A stretch of 62,057 nt of DNA, filler included, from Gonapodya sp. JEL0774 (taxonomy: Eukaryota), in assembly GCA_027604505.1 (NCBI GenBank). It is 14 parts of 14 records of this genome, joined end to end, with 100 filler letters (N's around TTAATTAATTAA, not from the genome) between each part and the next. Parts side by side here need not be neighbours in the genome. Positions count along the whole stretch, not along the records: positions 57,741 to 62,057 come from JADIIX010000981.1; 13 more parts are not named here. One strand, given 5' to 3'. Shown here one piece after another: positions 58,910 to 62,057 of the stretch. The notes beneath the pieces are model-generated. The model ran no database searches. It saw nothing but the letters and a program-made list of their open reading frames with translations, and was not told the origin of the DNA. Position 1 is the stretch's first letter; every line of letters starts with the position of its first letter. The position numbers and the translations under genes were made by a program.

Positions 58910-60647
58910 TCAAACCTTGGCCTGTGCCGCTGCAGCGGGCTCACCGACCCTCTCAGCAATGGTCGCGTAGTTGTTCATATTGCGCTTGAGGATATCGACA
59001 CAGGGCCCGAGAAGACGAGTGAATGCTTTCGCGTCGATCTTTGCGACCTTGAGACGGCCATCTGCGACAATAGTCGCAGCGCGAGGATTGGAGGTAAGAA
59101 GGGCGAGTTCTGTGTTGGGGTGAGACGAGTGCCGCGCGATGAGTCGAGTTATTGAGAACAATTCTCAGGATTCCGGAACGTACCTCCAAAGTAATCCCCC
59201 CTCTTTAGCCTTAGGGACATCTCACGATCCACACCACTCTCGTCTTTCTTGAACACTTTGGCATCCCCGGACTCCACAATGTAAAAGGCATCGCCCTTGT
59301 CTCCCTGCTTGATTACCGTTGCTCCATCCTCGTACGTGACGGACTCAAGGTTGTCGGCGATTTTGTGACGCTCGTACGGCTCAAGGGAGATGAGGAGAGG
59401 GACCTCCTCGAGGAAGGACTCGTACATCCGGCGCTTCTTGGACGTGTTCTCCATCAGGATGCGACGGAACGTGACACGGTCCAGCGCCCAAACGACAGAA
59501 TCGGAAGTAGCGGTAACGGTCGCAGCACGTGGAGCGTTATACATAAGAGCCAGCTCGCCGAAAGATTGGCCTGCGCCCGATGACGCAACCTTGAAAGGCG
59601 GCTTGCCCTCCTTGCTGACAAAGATGTCAAAGGTGCCAGACTCTACCACATACCAAAAGTCACCAACGGCTCCTTGAGTGATGATACTGTGGCCCGTCGG
59701 GCAGTGGACTTCGGCCATGGCGTTGACCACGTCCGCCCGCTGATCCTCGTCCAGGTTCCTGAAGAGAATGTGATCCCGTACAGCAGCCTCAATGCGGTTG
59801 CGTTGCTCCGGAGACTTGAAAATAACGATTTTCTCGTAGGGTTCGTTGGATGGGGTGATGGACTCGGCGGATACAGACGTCCGACGGCCGCGGTTGGCGT
59901 ACGCGGGTGGGGGTACCGGAGCAGGCAAAGGAGAGGCTTCGTCCGCTTCTTCATCTGAGTCCGAGTCTGAGAGCATTGGGTCGTCTTCTGGGTGGGATTC
60001 GGGCCCAGAGGAGAGATGCGAGGGGAGGACAGACGTCATACTGCCGGTGTTGGAGGAGATGTCGTTGGTGGAGGTCGTAGGTTGAACTGAAAGCAATAGG
60101 AGTGAGTACAAAGCAAGCAATGTGATCAGTGCTTCAGATTGAGACAATGTGCGATGATGAATGAGAGTCGCCAACTGTGATTGTCAACCTCTACCCGATC
60201 GCATTCAGAATCCGCGAAGCTTTGAATGCAGTCACCCATAGCACCGAGCGACTCACACATCCTTGAACCACTCTAAATTCTCTAGCCCGATCCAAGCTCC
60301 GTTATCGGTCCAGATTCGCGCTTCTGACGAGATCCAGACATCGTTGATGTCCGAACAAGATGACGCCAATGCAGCATTGAAACCACCAGCCATCCTCCCT
60401 CCTATCTCCGTCCAGTAGAACAAGGTCTTTGTAGTGAAACCCCATCTCGGCACAGCTCTCCTCTCCCTTTCTCACCTTCGCCGTCCTGTGGTTTGTTTCC
60501 GTTCGCTTCCCGCTCCTTGATCTTAGCCTCAAACCACTGCGCGCAGAAGCTGTAAATGTCACTTGGATTGTGGATGAGAACGGCCTTGTTGAGGTCTCGC
60601 AGAATGTCGGGAAGGCCGGCGGGAACAGACGGAATTGCAGGGGGCAT
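58910..60647 (-). CDS. BCY1: cAMP-dependent protein kinase regulatory subunit (type II-like)
   Basis: D/D domain [32 protein letters not shown], inhibitor site RRTSVSAES, two CNB cassettes [15 protein letters not shown] and [15 protein letters not shown]. Confidence 0.96.
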
Positions 60648-61004
60648 TGGGTGAGCCGAAGTGAGGGGAACCTGAGCTGGCACCAGGTGTGGCACAGAAT
60701 ATCTCTTCAAGACTACAAAGCGAAGCGTCAATAAGTAATATCGTAGAAGTAAGAGTTTTGTATTAGAGGAATTGTCAGATACACGCAAGCGGCACGGGTG
60801 TCGTCAGGCCTTTTGCCCCTCTAGCTCAGACGCATCGGTCACGGATACAAACAACGCCAGCACACGACTCCCACAAGATCAGCGCAAATTCGCTATTCAG
60901 TGCTTTTTGTAGCACAAGTTAAGATATTCTTCATCGCAAACAAGGACATGAACGTGTAGCCACTGCCCACAGCGGCACAAAGCCAGTTTACTCACCTCGA
61001 AAGA

Positions 61005-62057
61005 TTATTCAGAACGCAAATCGCCTTTCCGCCTCATTCCGGCTCCGATCGCAGTAATTCGTATGAAGCTGAGGGGTGATGCGAGGTTCCAGTACGAACA
61101 GGTTCTTTCCAAACTCCCTGCATGCGTCTGCCAGCAGGGCACGAGTCCGTTTCCACCGAGGCTCAGGCATCGACTCGACTTCGTGTGTTGGAATACAAAT
61201 TCGGTATGCGGTGGTGTGCTTCGCGCATTCTCTTCGGAGCTCATCTGCACTCGTTAATAGCTTTTCGAGCAGTGCTCACTTGCTTGTTGTCCGAGAGACT
61301 CCTTTATTGGCGGCACCATTCGGAGATGGAGATGTTTAATACCATCAAACACTCGTCTGAGAGGTCGCATGGTCACGTCCCAGAGCACCATCATTTTCGG
61401 TTTGAAGCGGCATTCGAGAACTCGTACCCCAGCAAGAGCAGTCTCAGCGTCCGGTACACCCGCCAGATCGCTCAAAAGGTTCAGAGGGAGCTCGCCGATC
61501 TCGGTCAGGTTGGGAAAAAGTCGTGGAGCGTTGATCAGGGCAGTGACTGAGTCAGATTCAATACAGGCTCCATTGAGACTCTATATTCTTCCAGAAAGAC
61601 CTGCCGGCCACGGAGATAAGCGCGAAGGTATATCAACTCGCTTCATAGAATCCACAATCGATCGCCCAATCCAAGCTCTCGTAAATGTGGAAACAAGAAC
61701 GCCAATGCTTCGAGGGCGTACCTTGTCTCTTCAATTCCACTGTTCGTCCCTCCCAAATCGTTGACTAAGAGACGAATCCGTCGGGAGAACTGGAAATAAG
61801 TCCGGACCGTTGTTGGAAGAGGTTCCAATACTTCGCTCCTGCAGAGACGGAGAATCCCGAAAGGGAATGCTACCTCGTAGGACTTGGAGTATTTCACATA
61901 GACCGTTATGTTCTTCAGTGCTTCTTCTAACGGTTTGTCTGGGGCGCTAGGTCCGGCAACTCACTCTTCAGAATTCACGGAGACATCTGTACAGAATACT
62001 CTCATCCTTGATGCAGGTGATATTCCGGTCTTCGTGGCGACGTATTTCTCAATGAGA
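61005..62057 (-). CDS. Hypothetical protein fragment or pseudogene (weak LRR-like character)
   Basis: Collinear minus-strand pieces (LAFLFPHLRELGL, RLFPNLTEIGEL, IKHLHLR) broken by stops or introns. Confidence 0.3.

Overview
This is not one locus. It is 14 unrelated contigs of 4374 down to 4317 bp, sorted by decreasing length and joined by 100-bp linkers (44 N + TTAATTAATTAA + 44 N), so adjacency across linkers means nothing. The contigs are 1-4374, 4475-8841, 8942-13305, 13406-17759, 17860-22211, 22312-26651, 26752-31090, 31191-35527, 35628-39956, 40057-44380, 44481-48802, 48903-53222, 53323-57640 and 57741-62057. Most contigs are intron-rich fungal nuclear DNA. Meckelin/TMEM67 (a cilium gene), CBM1, GFA1 and TM-SH3 proteins point to a flagellated early-diverging fungus; a Monoblepharidomycete such as Gonapodya is my inference only. 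Ordinary genes include two MFS transporters, GFA1, pirin, enoyl-CoA hydratase, a SET methyltransferase, PNP, meckelin, pelota/Dom34 and the PKA regulatory subunit. Highlights: (1) an intronless HET-S-like gene (HeLo domain plus a two-repeat amyloid motif with the exact 36-residue HET-s spacing but a variant consensus); (2) a gene-dense, intronless giant-virus-like (Nucleocytoviricota) contig with SSB, RNase III and a WLM-like metallopeptidase; (3) a CxHG-repeat PD-(D/E)xK-like endonuclease followed by TTAGGG/CCCTAA hairpin repeats; (4) a DIRS retrotransposon with a spliceosomal intron inside its RT; (5) a copia-type element with 76-bp LTRs and a half-tRNA primer site, seen in two contigs; plus nested degenerate Ngaro/DIRS and Harbinger elements. 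All family assignments come from motif recognition by eye; no database searches were run.
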